Origin: Vicugna vicugna
Lineage: Eukaryota
NCBI GenBank assembly: GCA_013265495.1
Contig: MU057615.1
Span: 186,001-250,000 of the forward strand
Length of the DNA: 64,000 nt
Reading direction: 5' to 3'
Shown: positions 40,184 to 52,539 of the stretch, piece by piece
How positions within the stretch are numbered: the stretch's first letter is position 1
Layout: each line of letters begins with the position of its first letter
The notes under the pieces: generated by a model
Databases searched by the model: none
What the model saw: the letters and a program-made list of their open reading frames with translations, nothing else
What the model was told of the DNA's origin: nothing
Program-made: the position numbers and the translations under genes

Positions 40184-40890
40184 GTAAGATGCTGGGGAAC
40201 CTTTAATCACTGGTGGTCCAATACTGGAGTCTTTAATCCAGATCATTATAGGAATGAGGCCCTGTTTTCATTGCTAAGCTCTATCACTTCTCATGTTCAA
40301 CGTGCTACTGCTCTTGAAAAAGTTTTTTCTAATCTCATGTGTGTAAACATAGAAAGTCTGACCCCAGGGTTGTCTACTTTGAAAAGATGCAACACACACA
40401 TTTAGTGCAGCCACCATCTGCATAGACAAGTGGGAGAGCTGGCCAAATATGAAATCTTTCCTACAAGTGGATTAACTTGGCATTATACTTATTTAGGCAA
40501 ATACACCAGTTTCAAAATGGAGGGAGGATTTCATTCCTTCAAACAGATTGAAAACAAGGACACCGAAAGAAGGACATCGGAAAACAAGGACATATTGTTT
40601 CAATTTGTTTCCTCTCTTACTTGGCTTTTATTTCTTGACACAGTTAGGATTTTACTAATGGAAATTCTCTCCATTTCTGATAGTTAAAAGTGAAGCAAAG
40701 GAACACAACACAAAAACAACCAAATGGTATTCTGCATGGGTGGGGCCTCTGCCGAGAGTTAGTTAGTTCCCTGTGGTGACCGACCCTCCCGCCCACCACG
40801 TTGTGGCAGTGTGACCACTGCGGCCTTGCTTGGGGTCTTTGCCAGGGTGTTGCTGGCCGAGCTCGAGAGTGACTTGTGGCTCTCCTGCAG
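40184..40890 (+). other. GABRG3: GT-AG intron (707 bp, phase 2) between the two exons
   Basis: gtaaga...ctctcctgcag; splicing joins AG|G into an Arg codon and keeps the frame. Confidence 0.95.
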
Positions 40891-40973
40891 GCTCACCATA
40901 AACGCTGAGTGCCAGCTGCAGCTGCACAACTTCCCCATGGATGAGCACTCCTGCCCGCTGATCTTCTCCAGCT
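40891..40973 (+). CDS. GABRG3: GABA-A receptor gamma-3 subunit, Cys-loop exon (exon 5, 83 bp)
   Basis: Acceptor ctcctgcAG|GCTCACC, donor AGCT|gtgagt. Encodes (R)[27 protein letters not shown] with the C-x13-C Cys-loop and FPMD motif. Confidence 0.97.
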
Positions 40974-41729
40974 GTGAGTACTGACTTGGGTTTGAACGCT
41001 GTGTAAAGGAACGTCTAGCCTGTGCGGGTTTCCAGCAAATGGTCGCGTGATTGATTGTCGTATTCCTGTACAGCCAGAGAAAACTAATGGTTTTGGGTCA
41101 CATGGGTATATTCACTTTAGAACTTATTACCTAGGATCCGTGTTACAAAATAGGTAGTTTTGGTAAATCCTTGAGCAACTTAACCATTCACTGTGATACT
41201 GAGCAACTCAGAAATTGATGAACAGTTGACTTACCTAGACCTTTATGCTAGTAAATGGTGCATATTACTTGGAAGTACAGAAAACTCCTTTGCAGTAATT
41301 TTAGGCTTAGTATCATCTTCAAATCAGGTGTTTGTCTCCAAAAGAAAAAGAAAAAATTTTACTTAAATATATTTATATCTGTCTCATTGCACTATAGTAG
41401 GATGTTATTTTTCATAGCTTTTCATTTTCTAATATTTTACTTATGATTGATACTAGAGCTAATGAGTAATTATTTATAAATTCTTGGACAATATCAAATG
41501 CTAAACACAAGGATACACATAAAGGAAACATCAAATTTATTTGCTTATTAAGTTTTGAAGAAAAGGTCAATATGGAAATATACCTGTCTTGCATATGAGG
41601 TATTGACACACAAACATGACGACATTTCAGGCAGAAGGTTTTAAGGTTTCTCGCTAAACATTGTAGTGAAAAGATAAAAGTGATATAATGGATAATCACA
41701 TTTTAGAGTTCATTTTAAGTTCAGAAAAA

Positions 41730-43015
41730 GACGAGATAGAAAGCAAAATTTCACATAGGGATAAATTTAACCAAGGAGGTGAAAGTCCTGTATATTGAAA
41801 AGTACAAGACATTAATGAAAGAAGTCAAAGAAAACATAAGTAAATGGAAGTGCTGTGCTCGTGGGTTGCAAGAGTCAATGTTTTAAGAATTTCCACTACC
41901 AAGAGCAATCCACAGACTCAGTGCAATTCCTATCAAAATTCCATGGGCATTTTTTTAAGGAAATAAGACAAGTAATCCTGAAACCACAAAAAGAAACCTG
42001 AGACAGCCAAAGCCATCTTGAGAAAGAAGAACAAAGCTTGGGAACATCCAACTCTGATTTCAAACTGTACTACAAAGCTGTAGTGATCAAAACAGTGTGG
42101 CACTGGCAGAAAAGCAGACGCGTAGATCAGTGGAATAGAACAGAGAGCCCAGGAATAAACCCACACAGATATGTGGTCAATTTACAGCAATGGAGACAAG
42201 AATATATACAACAGAGAAAGGACAGTCTCTTCAATAAATGGTATTGGGAAACAGGCCAGCCACACACAGAGAGTGAAATTCAACCACTCTTTTGCACCAT
42301 GCACAAAAATTAAGCCAAAATGGATTAAAACCTTGAATGTAAGACCTGAAGCCATAAACGAGCCTAGAAGAAAACATAGGCAGTAGGCTCCTTGGCACAG
42401 ATCTTGGCAATGATTTGTTTAATCTGACACCAAAAGCAAAAACAATAGCAGTGAAAATAAATAAATGGAACTACGTATCGTACTAAAAAGCTTCTGCACA
42501 GCAAAGGAAACGTTCGACAAAATGGAAAGACAGCCTACTGAATGGGAGAAAATATTTGCAAATCATATATCTGATAAGGGACTAATATCCAAAATATGTA
42601 AAGAACTTATGCGGCTCAATGGCCAAAAAAATTTTTTTGATCAAAAAATGAACAGGGAATTTAAAAAGACATTTTTCCAAAGAAGACACACAGATGGCCG
42701 GTAGGTGCATGGAAAGATCTTCAGCATCATTAATCACCAGGGAAATGCAAGTCAAAAGCACAGTGAGGTATCATTTCACACCTGTCGGAGTGGCCATCAT
42801 CAAAAAGACAAATAGCCAGTGTTGGTGAGGATGTGGAGAAAAGGGAACCCTTGTGTGCTGCTGGTGGGAATGTAAATTGGTGCAGCCACTGTAGAAGACA
42901 GTATGGAGATTCCTCAAAAAATTAAAAATAGAACTACCATATGATCCAGCAATTCTCCTTTTGGGTATGTATCCAACGAAAATGGATAACACTAATAACT
43001 CAAAATGATACATGC
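41730..43015 (+). mobile_element. L1 ORF2 3' part (decayed)
   Basis: Peptides [21 protein letters not shown] and [10 protein letters not shown]...[21 protein letters not shown] in shifting frames. Confidence 0.92.
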
Positions 43016-43669
43016 CTGGAGGGAGGGACCATCTGCATCTCTTGGTCAGTTGGGTTCCATCCTCCTGAGGCAAGAGAGCAGGCTGAGTAGGACAGGATGG
43101 CTGCCCTTAGCTTCATCATTACCAGGCTCCTGCAGCATCAGATCGGACTTGCAGAGGAACAAACCAGAAAGGTTTATTTTTAGGGCCACAAATACCGCTT
43201 CTTCCTGTGTGTGCAGCGTGCAGCCAAATGTGTTTCATTCTAAACCCTTGTTGATGTGACCCGGAGAGGGAAGCAAGCACTCATGCCTCATCCAAACACT
43301 TCCTAACTGGTGTGTGTCTTAAAATAAACCGAGACAAAAGTGCCTGTTCCCTGCTTCCCTGCCTGCTGCCTGAGTGCATTAACGAGGCGAGTCTTCTGCC
43401 AGGCGGAACGTCTGGGCAAGCGGGGCCTCCCTCCCGTGCCTTTTGCTTTGGCAGGAAAGGAACCACGCTGCTCCTGGAAAGCCCTTTCTCTCTTGGTTGA
43501 GTTAATCACCAGAGAGCAGATGCTGTGACGTGCCACAGCGGTGGCCTTGTGTCCTTTGAAGCAAATGCTCAGGGACAAAACTTCCAAACAGAGGCCTGTC
43601 ATCCGAGGGGAGCGCAGCTGTTCACCCCACACGCCACTCGGCGGGTCTGAGGGAGGCCCACGCGGAGAA

Positions 43670-44450
43670 AGCAGTATTTCTGGGTGTGTCTGTGAGGGTG
43701 TCCCCAGAAGAGACCAACATTTGAGTCAGTAGACTCAGTAAAGAAGGTCCCCTCACCGGGGGGGGGGGATCACCCCGTCCTTTGAGGGACCACGTGCAGG
43801 CAGATCTCCTGCTATGGCGCTTCGCAGATACTGCGTTTTGGTTTTTTTTTTTTTTTCATATTGAAACTTATGGCCACTCTGCATTGAGCAAGTCTGTCAA
43901 CACCGTTTTCCCAACAGCATTAGTTTTCAATTAAGGTATTCACATGGTTTTTTTCAGGCGTAATGCTATCGTACATTTAATAGACTATAGCATAGTGTAA
44001 ACATAACTTTACAAAAAATTTTGTGTGGCTTGCTTTGCTGTGATGTTGGCTTTACCGTGATGGTCTGGACCTGGACATGCAGCATCTCCGAGGCGTGTCT
44101 GTAGAAGAAAGAGGTGAACTGGGGTGGGGTTTGCTCTTTGCTTGAGCTGGGACCTGCATCTTCTCCTGCTCCCAGACATTGCTCCTCCTGGTCCTCAGGC
44201 CTTCAGACTTGGACCAGGACTTAAAAACGTCAGTCTCCCAATTCGCAGGCCTTTGGGCTCTCACTGAATTACCTCACCAGCTTTCCTGGGTTTGCAGATG
44301 ACAGACCGTGGAACTTCTTGGCCTCCATAAATTGCATGGAGTCATTCCTGTAACAAACGCCCTCTTAGAGCTGTACTTCCACCTGTGTCTGTCTCTGAAC
44401 CTACATCTGTTTTGCTGTTTTCGTTTCTCTGGAGAACCCTGACTGATACA
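43670..44450 (+). mobile_element. ERVL LTR (MLT2-like) split by a Tigger1 derivative
   Basis: atttctgggtgtgtctgtgagggtg...catttgagtcagtagact...cttggcctccataa...tttctctggagaaccctgactgataca. Confidence 0.8.
43797..44101 (+). mobile_element. Tigger1 internal-deletion derivative
   Basis: caggcagatctc...gcgcttcgcagatactgcgtttt...atctccgaggcgtgtctg followed by TA. Confidence 0.85.
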
Positions 44451-44549
44451 GGGGGCAAGTTCCCACCCTCCCAGACTGCTCCAAGGTCCCCCCAGAATCC
44501 TTGCGTTCACTTAAATTCCCCTGCTTTGGATGCTGCTAAAGGGGTTTTT

Positions 44550-44710
44550 TCTTACTTTATTGAGGTATGATTGACATGTAAAAAGCTGTACATATTTAAT
44601 GTCTGTAGCTCAATGAATTGGCGACAAGTGGACACCCATGAAACTGTCACCAACATCAAGGCCATTAACATATCCATCACCTCCCAAACTTCCCTCCTGC
44701 CCCCTTTATT
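44550..44710 (-). mobile_element. L1MA/MB 3' end
   Basis: ctttattgaggtatgattgacatgtaaaaagctgtacatatttaatgt. Confidence 0.75.
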
Positions 44711-45059
44711 ACTGCTGCTATTTTAATACTGTTTGCCTTTAAAAAAAATTTCCCCCATCCTAAGTCTGGATGGTAAACATTATTTGGCGGAGTAGAAATA
44801 GTGGAATCTGTAGCCTCTTTGTGTGTTTTCATTGTTGTTTTATATAATGCATGTAGTCACTAAAATAAATTTTAAAAAGGGCTTTGTGACTTTAAAGATA
44901 AAGTGTGAACCATGCTGAGTGTCAGGGAGGCTCTGGGCCAGCCTCCTCCCTGCGGGGACCTACTCACTGGCTGGCGTGGGGGCTGGGGACTTTGGGCGCA
45001 ATGTTAAGCACCCAGCTTGACGTGGGAACCTGGGAACCCTCACTTTCCCTCTAACACTC

Positions 45060-45920
45060 ACGTAAGCCTGTCTACTATGTGCCAGGCGCTGCTCTGAGCA
45101 ATTACAGTCATGAGCCCATCTGATCTTTGTAATGACCCTGGATGCCCTGTTTTTCCTGATGCCTTCCCCAGCCAGGAAACCCAGCACGGGGTCGCGGGGT
45201 CATCTGCCCACATCACCCTGGAGAGCAAAGGGCAACTGGGTTTGAACCAAGCACAATGGTAATTGAGTGTGCACTGCTGATTATTATTATAACTACTATT
45301 TTATTGTTATGAGAAGAGGGCACAGGGAGCAAAAAGAGATGCTGTGAGGGCTCAAGGTATGAGGTGAGATCTATTTGGCTTTCTCCCCAGTAAACCGTGC
45401 AGGGCGAAGTAAAACAGAAGCAGGAACGTTCGTGCTCGCTATCTGTGACGCCCATGCCGGCTGTGACTGCCCGGGAGCTGGGGACATGATCAGGGAGATG
45501 TCACTGCTGTTGCAGAGATGCGGGAGATATCTGAGAAAGGTGGCTGGTTTTCAGTTTTAAAAGTGGACTGAATGCTAGTTAGCAAATCTCTGTGTCAGCG
45601 CGACTGGATCCTGCCCCCGCATAGTTTAGAACAGTCCCGAGGGCACCTCTGGTCCTCCCTCTGGCTGACACCGTGCCTGGCACCAAGCAGTGGCCAGAGA
45701 CCAGCGACGACCTCTCCTCCATGTGTGCATTTCCTGTCTGTGCAGAGTAGCACATTCTGCCCCCTGTTCCCACCTGCCGCCCCCATCTCACAGGTGAGAA
45801 AACTGAATCTTAGAGAAGGAAAGCAAACACCAGTGCAGGATCACACACTAGTGGGCGGTACAGCAACCACATGAATGTGGCTCTTGCTTCTCCAAGTCCA
45901 GGATTTTCTCTACCACACCA
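45060..45920 (-). mobile_element. Two MIR fragments (~45060-45270 and ~45775-45920)
   Basis: tactatgtgccaggcgctgctctgagc; ccccatctcacaggtgagaaaactgaatcttagaga...gatcacacactagtgggcgg. Confidence 0.65.
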
Positions 45921-47302
45921 GCCTTTATCTGGACACTTATTAGCTAAAGAGAACCAATATCATTGCATTCTAGAAACTTTTTTTTTTAATCACTTCCATC
46001 TGTACTCTGACAACTGCCTCCTTGACTGATGGTTGAAAAACACGGACCTGCGTGTAGGACACAATGGACCTACTGTTTCCCTTCCCAAGCCTTCCAGACA
46101 GAAGACGAACGTGGAAGTGCAAATTCTCAGGAAATTTGCTAAGGAAAGCATGTACCTCTCAGTGGGAGAAACTGGCACATCCTTCATTAAAACATCATGG
46201 ACGTATTTATAACCAGCATATTAAATGACACTAGGAGTTCTTAGAGCATCTCTTCTTTGTGTTCGGCCTTTGTTCCACTAAGTGAACCAAGCAAGAGGAG
46301 AAACCCTGCCTCCTGGATCCTGATTTCGAGGGTTCTGCCTGAGCCAGGTGAGTCCTGCACTCAGAGCCGCTCTCCTGACTCACCTGCTTCTGGCCTGTGG
46401 TCTGGGCGCTCAGGAAATTTCATGTTGTTCGCCACTCTGCCCAGGGGTTCAGAGCACATCTCAGCAAGAGTATGGGGACCATTCCAGGATGACTTGAGCA
46501 ATGCCAAGGTGGTGCCCTCAGCAAGCTGCAGCAAAATACAGTAAATTATCCATGGACATCAAATTTCTACCAAAAGTATTTTGAAGACATTGCTTGTCTA
46601 CTATAAAACTTGTCTCTTCCCTCTTTTAAGCTCCCTGCCCCTCTCAGCTGCCCAGCAGCAGTATTGCCTGGTGCCAGGGGCTTACTGGATCGTATGCAGA
46701 TAGATAGGAAACAGGAGGGAGAAGTGTGGTCCGGGCACTTCGCTTTTCCATTGTTGAGGAGAAGATGACTCCGCTTCAGCTACTTGTCTACTGGTAAACC
46801 TGTTTAACGCCTATAAGATGATCATGGTCTTCAGTGATGAAACCCAAAGTGTCTGGGGTGTGTCCTTTGTAGTCACCTTAATAGCATGAAAAGAATGAAA
46901 GTAAGAACTCTGTAAGGCAAATCATTTCTCCTGCTGGGCCAATGAAGCCATAATGTAATTGAGAAGAAAGTCTATCAGTGCATTTTGGTTATAAATTGTT
47001 CTTTCTCTATACTTACTCAATATTTTCACAGAAGTTTGGTTTTGTTGATTTTCGTGGGTTGGGGAGCATGTCTTCTGTGGGCTTTTAAATGCCAGTTCAC
47101 AGTAGGTGCTTAATAGGTGTTTATTCTGTGTAGGTGGCTGCCCATTGGTGTTCACAGCTCAGGATGGTGCAGCCGTGTAACACCTCATTTTGGGAAATGC
47201 CTTTTGACTGAGTAGGTGGTTAGCTCATTAATGAGAACACATACATTGTTCCTATTCAAGAACACTCTCCATCAACCAAGTTCCATTGTCAAAGAAAAAG
47301 AA

Positions 47303-47384
47303 GCATGGGAAATCTCTAATTTCTGCTCGGTTTTGCTGTGAACCTTAAATTGCTCTAAAAAATAAAGACTGTAAAAAAAAAAAA
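47303..47384 (+). mobile_element. Very short L1 3' end with poly-A
   Basis: atgggaaatctct...ttttgctgtgaacc...gctctaaaaaataaag followed by an A-run. Confidence 0.7.
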
Positions 47385-48349
47385 TCCGACCTAGGGCTGA
47401 GGGAGAGGGTCCAAGGAAGAAGCAAAGCGGAAGCAGTCTCTTCCCCAGACGTCACTTGGCACCTTGTTGGAGCAGGTGTCAGCTTATCAGACGATGGAGG
47501 AAATTCTCTGGGTCGAACTGGGCCAGAGGGGGTTTACAGTTGGCAGAAAACATCTGACCCGAGTCCAGATGGGTCAAAAGCTTGTCTGGGATTTTCAAGC
47601 AGGAAACTAAACTCCTGGTGCAAGTGACTGAGCCCAGTGGGAAGGTCCGCAGAGGGTCAGGGCTTTCGGAGGTGCTAGCTGACAGGGCGGTGTGAGGCCT
47701 GAGGCATGTGGTGTCTGCATCAGGAATTTCTCGGCACACCTGTGGGATGCAGATGGACCAAGGCACATGGGCAGGTGCGTGGAGGGTTCAAGGCATCAGG
47801 AGCTCCTCACTGAATGGGCAGCACAAGACCTAGGGTGCATCGTGTCCCTCCTGGGGGGAATGTGGCGACGTGGTGAGCAGGCCAGAACTGGGGCTGCACC
47901 CTCACTGAAGGACTGCATGCACGCACAGAGGGTGCAGCCCAATGGAAGGGGGAAGAAACACCAGGAGAAGCACACCCAGACCAGGGAGAGAAGTTCCATC
48001 CTTTGTTTCCTTCCTGTGCCCTAACTGACAATGTGTGCCATCGTGCTAGCTGTGAAGAAGTGTCGACAGGGTGCAGCTCTACTATCACAGAGCAGGTAGA
48101 AAGAGTGAATTTGAAGCTGAGAGGCAGTACATTCCTAAGTGCAAAGAACTGTTAAATGCATATTATTTTAAGTGTGTATCTTGAATTTAATTGCCCTCCC
48201 TCTGTCATTGCCATTCTTTAAACTTCCGCCACCACCAGATTTAAAATCTGCTCTCCACTGACCTCCCTAAGCAGGAATTTTGAATCACTCTTACTTTTAA
48301 AAGTCTTCAAAGAATAATTATAATTCACAAATCTCAAACTTGTTTATCT

Positions 48350-48530
48350 GGAAAGAAGGAAAGAAAGAAGGAAGGAAGGAAAGAAGGAAAGCAAGAAAGA
48401 AAGAGAAAAAGAAAGGGAGGAAGGGAGGAAGGAAGGGAGAGAGAAAGAAAGAGAGGAAGGAAGGAAGGATGGAAGGAAGAAAGGGACAAGGAAAGAAGAA
48501 AGGAACAAGGAAGGAAGGAAGGAAGAGAAA
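48350..48530. repeat. Polypurine (GGAA/GAAA)n tract
   Basis: About 180 bp almost exclusively A/G on the + strand. Confidence 0.95.
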
Positions 48531-48544
48531 GTAGCAATGCATTC

Positions 48545-49400
48545 TTTTTTTTTTTAATTGAAGTACACAGTTACAGTGTGTCAATTTCTGGTGTACAACA
48601 CAGTGTCCCAGTCATGCATATATTCATTTTCATATTATTTTTCATTAAAGGTTATTACAAGATATTTAATATAGTTCCTTGTGCTATACAGAAGAAATTT
48701 GTTTTTTTTTAATGTATTTTTATATATAGTGGTTAACTTTTGCCAATCTCAAACTCCCAAATTTATCCCTTCCCACTCCCTTTGTGCTGGTAAACATAAG
48801 ATTGTTAGCTGTATCTGCAAGTCTGTTTCTGCTTTGTAGATGAGTTCATTAGTGTCCTCTATTTTTCTTTCCTGGTTTTTTTTTTTTAGATTCCACGAAT
48901 GAGTGATAAGATATGGTATTTTTCTTTCTTTTTCTGGCTTACTTCACTTAGAATGACAATCTCCAAGTCCATCCATGTTGCTGCAAATGGCATTTTTAAT
49001 TATTTTTAATGGCTGAGTAGTATTCCATTGTGCAAATATACACAATTTCTTTATCCAGTCATCTGCTGATGGACATTCAGGTTGCTTTCATGTCTTGGCT
49101 AGTGTATATAGTCAAAACTACAATGAGGTATCACCTCACACCAGTGAGAATGGCCATCATTCAAAAATCCACAAATGCCAAATGCTGGAGAGGCTGTAGA
49201 GAAAAGGGAACCCTCCTACACTGCTGGTGGGAATGCAGTTTGGTGCAGCCATTGTGGAAAAAAGTATGGAGATTCCTCAAAAAACTAAAAACAGACTTAA
49301 CATATGATCCAGCAATCCCGCTCCTGGGCATATATCCAGAGGGAACTCTAATTCAAAAAGATGCATGCAGCTGAGTGTTCATGGTGGCACTATATACAAT
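48545..49400 (-). mobile_element. Young L1 with 5' inversion
   Basis: Antisense 3' UTR 48545-~49111 joined to a sense ORF2 C-terminus ([16 protein letters not shown]...[23 protein letters not shown]) ~49112-49400. Confidence 0.88.
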
Positions 49401-50349
49401 ACAGTGAATCCGTGATTGATTTTTTATTATCTGGGAATAGAGCCAAGACAGCCCAGCTCTTTATGGGTCCATGAGCAGCAGGCTTGGGTAAGGCTTAAAT
49501 GTGCTGGGTGGACGTGCACATCCCATACTTTCAGATCATTTCCCCTCTGTGGCTGACCAGGAGCTGGAGAGAATCAGGTGACTACGTTTTCATCTCCTTT
49601 ATTGGAGCCGTGCCAGTCAGGCAGAGGTTGTGGCTTTGAGGACAACGCGTGTCCTTTGAACTTGAATTAAGAGGAAAATAGTTGTGGAGAAAGGGCAGCA
49701 CCTCTCTTCAGGGTTCTGTGTTTGACACCGAGTTGACATCAAGCGGCATATTTCCCAAGAACTTAGCCCGCTGGGGCCTTGAGTCATCATCTGTGAACAA
49801 TGTGACCTGTCCTGAGGGGACGGGGGTGGGGAGCGTCGCTCCGTTCTCCATCCGCCAGGCTTATTCTGACTTAACACGCTCCTTTGTGCGCGTGTGCTTG
49901 GGGTGATGGAGCCGGAGGGGGGGAGCCGGAGGGGGGGGACTCGCAGGCCTGGTTTAGGTGACAGGTTTTCTTAATAATCTTAGTACCCTAGCAACGTGAC
50001 GTGATGCTTTGTTTCCGTTCTTATGGGTCGGATGCACGCTTTGAACATCAGTACAGATGTGTTTTGCTATTTAGTGTGTCTCTTACAACTCTTATTCCAA
50101 CACTAGACTTTCTAAAGAAGTTTCACTTTATTTAAAGAAGCCCCATAGTGAAAAGTTAATATTGGAGAGAACTGAGTATCTGAAACACCCTCTGCATTTA
50201 GCTGAATTAAATGCTGTTGACCTTTGAAAGACTATATAATTTTTACGATAAAATTATTTTGAACATTATGTCAAAATCTGTAAGTATTTATGAAGGAATT
50301 TCAGGCCACAGATTGGCGCTTTCTTTGTACATGAGTTTATTGACTAACT

Positions 50350-51915
50350 GGGAAACTACCAATTGATAAAACATTGTTTTTTATTTAGATTTGGGTCTTA
50401 ACTCTGCCATTTAATAGCTAGATATATTTTTCTGTTACGTAGAGAGGGGTGTTGAAGGCTCCAACTGTAATGGCAGATTCACGGATCAGTTCTTCCGGTC
50501 TGCCCTTATATGTTTTGCTGTTGACTTGTTAGGTACATACACATCTAGGATTAATTTGTTTTCTTGGGAAATTAACGCCTCTACATGTCAGCATGGATTA
50601 ACAAAAGACCCATGTGTTGTCCACGAGAAACTCACTTTAAACAAAGACTTAGACAAGTGAATATTAAAGGGAGGCAGAAAGCTATCAATCAAAGGAAGGA
50701 ACAGCTTTATTAATTTTCGACAAAGCTTACCTGAAAACAGGAAGTTAATCCGGGGTAAAAAGCGGCACTTTTTCCGTTAGAACCGTGAACATGCTGATCA
50801 CAGTCACTTGAAATTTCTTGTCGGGTAATTCCAGCATCTGTGGCACTTGTGAGTGCGGCTCTCTTGGGGTCTTTGTCCCTCCAGGTGCTTCTGGGTCTGC
50901 TTGTCCGCCGCCCTTCGGCATGCCCTGTGCGTTTCTGCTGAAAGCCGTGTCGGTGCTACTGGTTAACGGGCTCCGGTAGATGCACCTGGAGAATGAGGCT
51001 TCATGTCCTCCGGCTCCGAGCTGGGCTGTGCGTCTTGTTTGCTGCAGCTGCTGGTTCTGGAGCAGAAAGGTCCCTCCAGCGCCCTGTTTTCGTTCCTCTT
51101 TTGGATCCGGGCTTCCTGGGTTCGCCTCCGCAGCGAGGGCTCCGGCGGCCCTTTCAGCGGTGGCCCACTGCTCTCACACGGGGCCCCTTTTGGTTTGGGG
51201 TGAGGTGCTGGGGTGGGAATTATGATCAGACTTCAGTGTTTACGTGAGTCTGTGTCTCTGGGGTGGGGCCTTCTTGGGTATTTCTCCAGTGGAACAGGCC
51301 TTCCTCCTAACTCCTACCCCCTTCCCCAGCCCCCACATTCCCAGTCCATATCCAGGAAGCCCTGGCCGCTGTTGACTCTGTCCCAACCTCTCAGGTGAGA
51401 CAGGAAGCCTAGAGGGGGACGGAGCATCTGGGATAAGGCTCCCGTCTGGGATAAGGCTCTGGTGAAATCTTTTCCCCTCCGGGGGGGTGCTCTTTGTCGT
51501 GCCCAAGGCTCTGGGTGTATTTCACCGTGATTAATCTTCAGCTGCCAGAGAAAAAAGGCGATCTTTCTTGGATCCTCACTCCTGAGAACCTGAAAGGGTT
51601 CCCAGAGGTGAAGCCCCTGAAAATGCTGGGGGCTCCCTGAGATTTTTGCTTGCAAAAGTGTTTCAGTCTCATATTAGCCCACACCCAGCCTGCAGCAGTA
51701 ACTAAATTTATTATTTAAGTGTTCCTACCAGTTTTTGCTTCAGTGACTTCTCCTCCACCTTGACTCTCGATGTTTCCTTGGCTCTCCAGATTTCTGGGTG
51801 GCTACTGCCCTGAGACCTCAGTTTTCTGATGGGTCCAAGAAGAGTCAGTGACTCTCAGTTAGTCCAGCCTTTTCTCATGGTGAGACAGGTGTGAGGACTT
51901 CTAAGCTCTTTTCCC
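50350..51915 (-). mobile_element. Old L1 5' portion (5' UTR and ORF2 start) with an internal inverted segment
   Basis: Antisense endonuclease-region motifs to ~50580, sense endonuclease-region motifs ~50590-50770, then L1MC/MD-like 5' UTR. Confidence 0.65.
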
Positions 51916-52174
51916 GCTGGAGCTGACTCTAAAAATCCCTTCATTTGCTATTTCAGTCACAGTTAATGGGTAGGAGTCAAGAATTTTCAAAAATAGATGT
52001 CCTTGGAATTTGAAATGAAAGACTGCAGAGTTAAAAAAGTGTTGCACGGTCCAGTTATAGTTGGAACCAGCGAGAGTCTCAGTGCTGCTCCAATAGAGCA
52101 TTCAGTGTGCTTGGTCCTTGGACCAAGGACCAACAGGATGTTGAGAGAGTCCTGGATCTAACCAAGAGGTACAG

Positions 52175-52420
52175 ATAGCAGCTCGTGTGTGCTGAGCACT
52201 TACTGTGTATGAGATACTGTTTTGACTGCCATATTCATGTATTAAAGAATGAATGAATTTAACCCTTAAAAAAGCCCAGGGTGCTATGTACCATTGTCCT
52301 CTCCGTTTTCCAGATAAGAACATTGAGGCCCAGGGTGCTTAAGTGACTTGCTCAAGGTCACATGACTCAAGATTCTCAAACAAGCGCCAGACCTCACGCT
52401 TTTAACCACACTGTTCTTTG
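52175..52420 (-). mobile_element. MIR SINE
   Basis: ctgagcacttactgtgt...cagataagaacattgaggcccagggtgcttaagtgacttgctcaaggtcaca...cttttaaccac. Confidence 0.85.
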
Positions 52421-52539
52421 CGTCTCTCTAACTATTACGTGCAGATAATACACTCATATTATCACGTAATAATGCAGATAGTAATAAGGAAAGTTGAATT
52501 TTCCCTGACATTTCACGGCGGGGGACGTGGGGAGATTAT

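Noticed and set aside
40763..40948. Minus-strand 61-aa ORF in the ORF track
   Set aside because: It is the antisense shadow of GABRG3 exon 5; the real frame is on the + strand.
41933..43073. Cluster of ORFs with recognisable protein-like sequence (also 1328-1628, 16103-16441, 49030-49374, 61679-62225)
   Set aside because: Frameshifted L1 ORF2 remnants or their antisense frames, not host genes.
47480..48130. Possible old ERVL/MaLR LTR; also possible hAT fragments at ~33530-34170
   Set aside because: Only vague similarity from memory; termini and TSD not identifiable, so not listed as features.
48318..48584. K/E/R/G-rich and F/L/S/P-rich ORFs
   Set aside because: Translations of a GGAA microsatellite.
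51427..51459. Tandem copy of tctgggataaggctc (period 18)
   Set aside because: Simple slippage duplication within an old L1; only two units.
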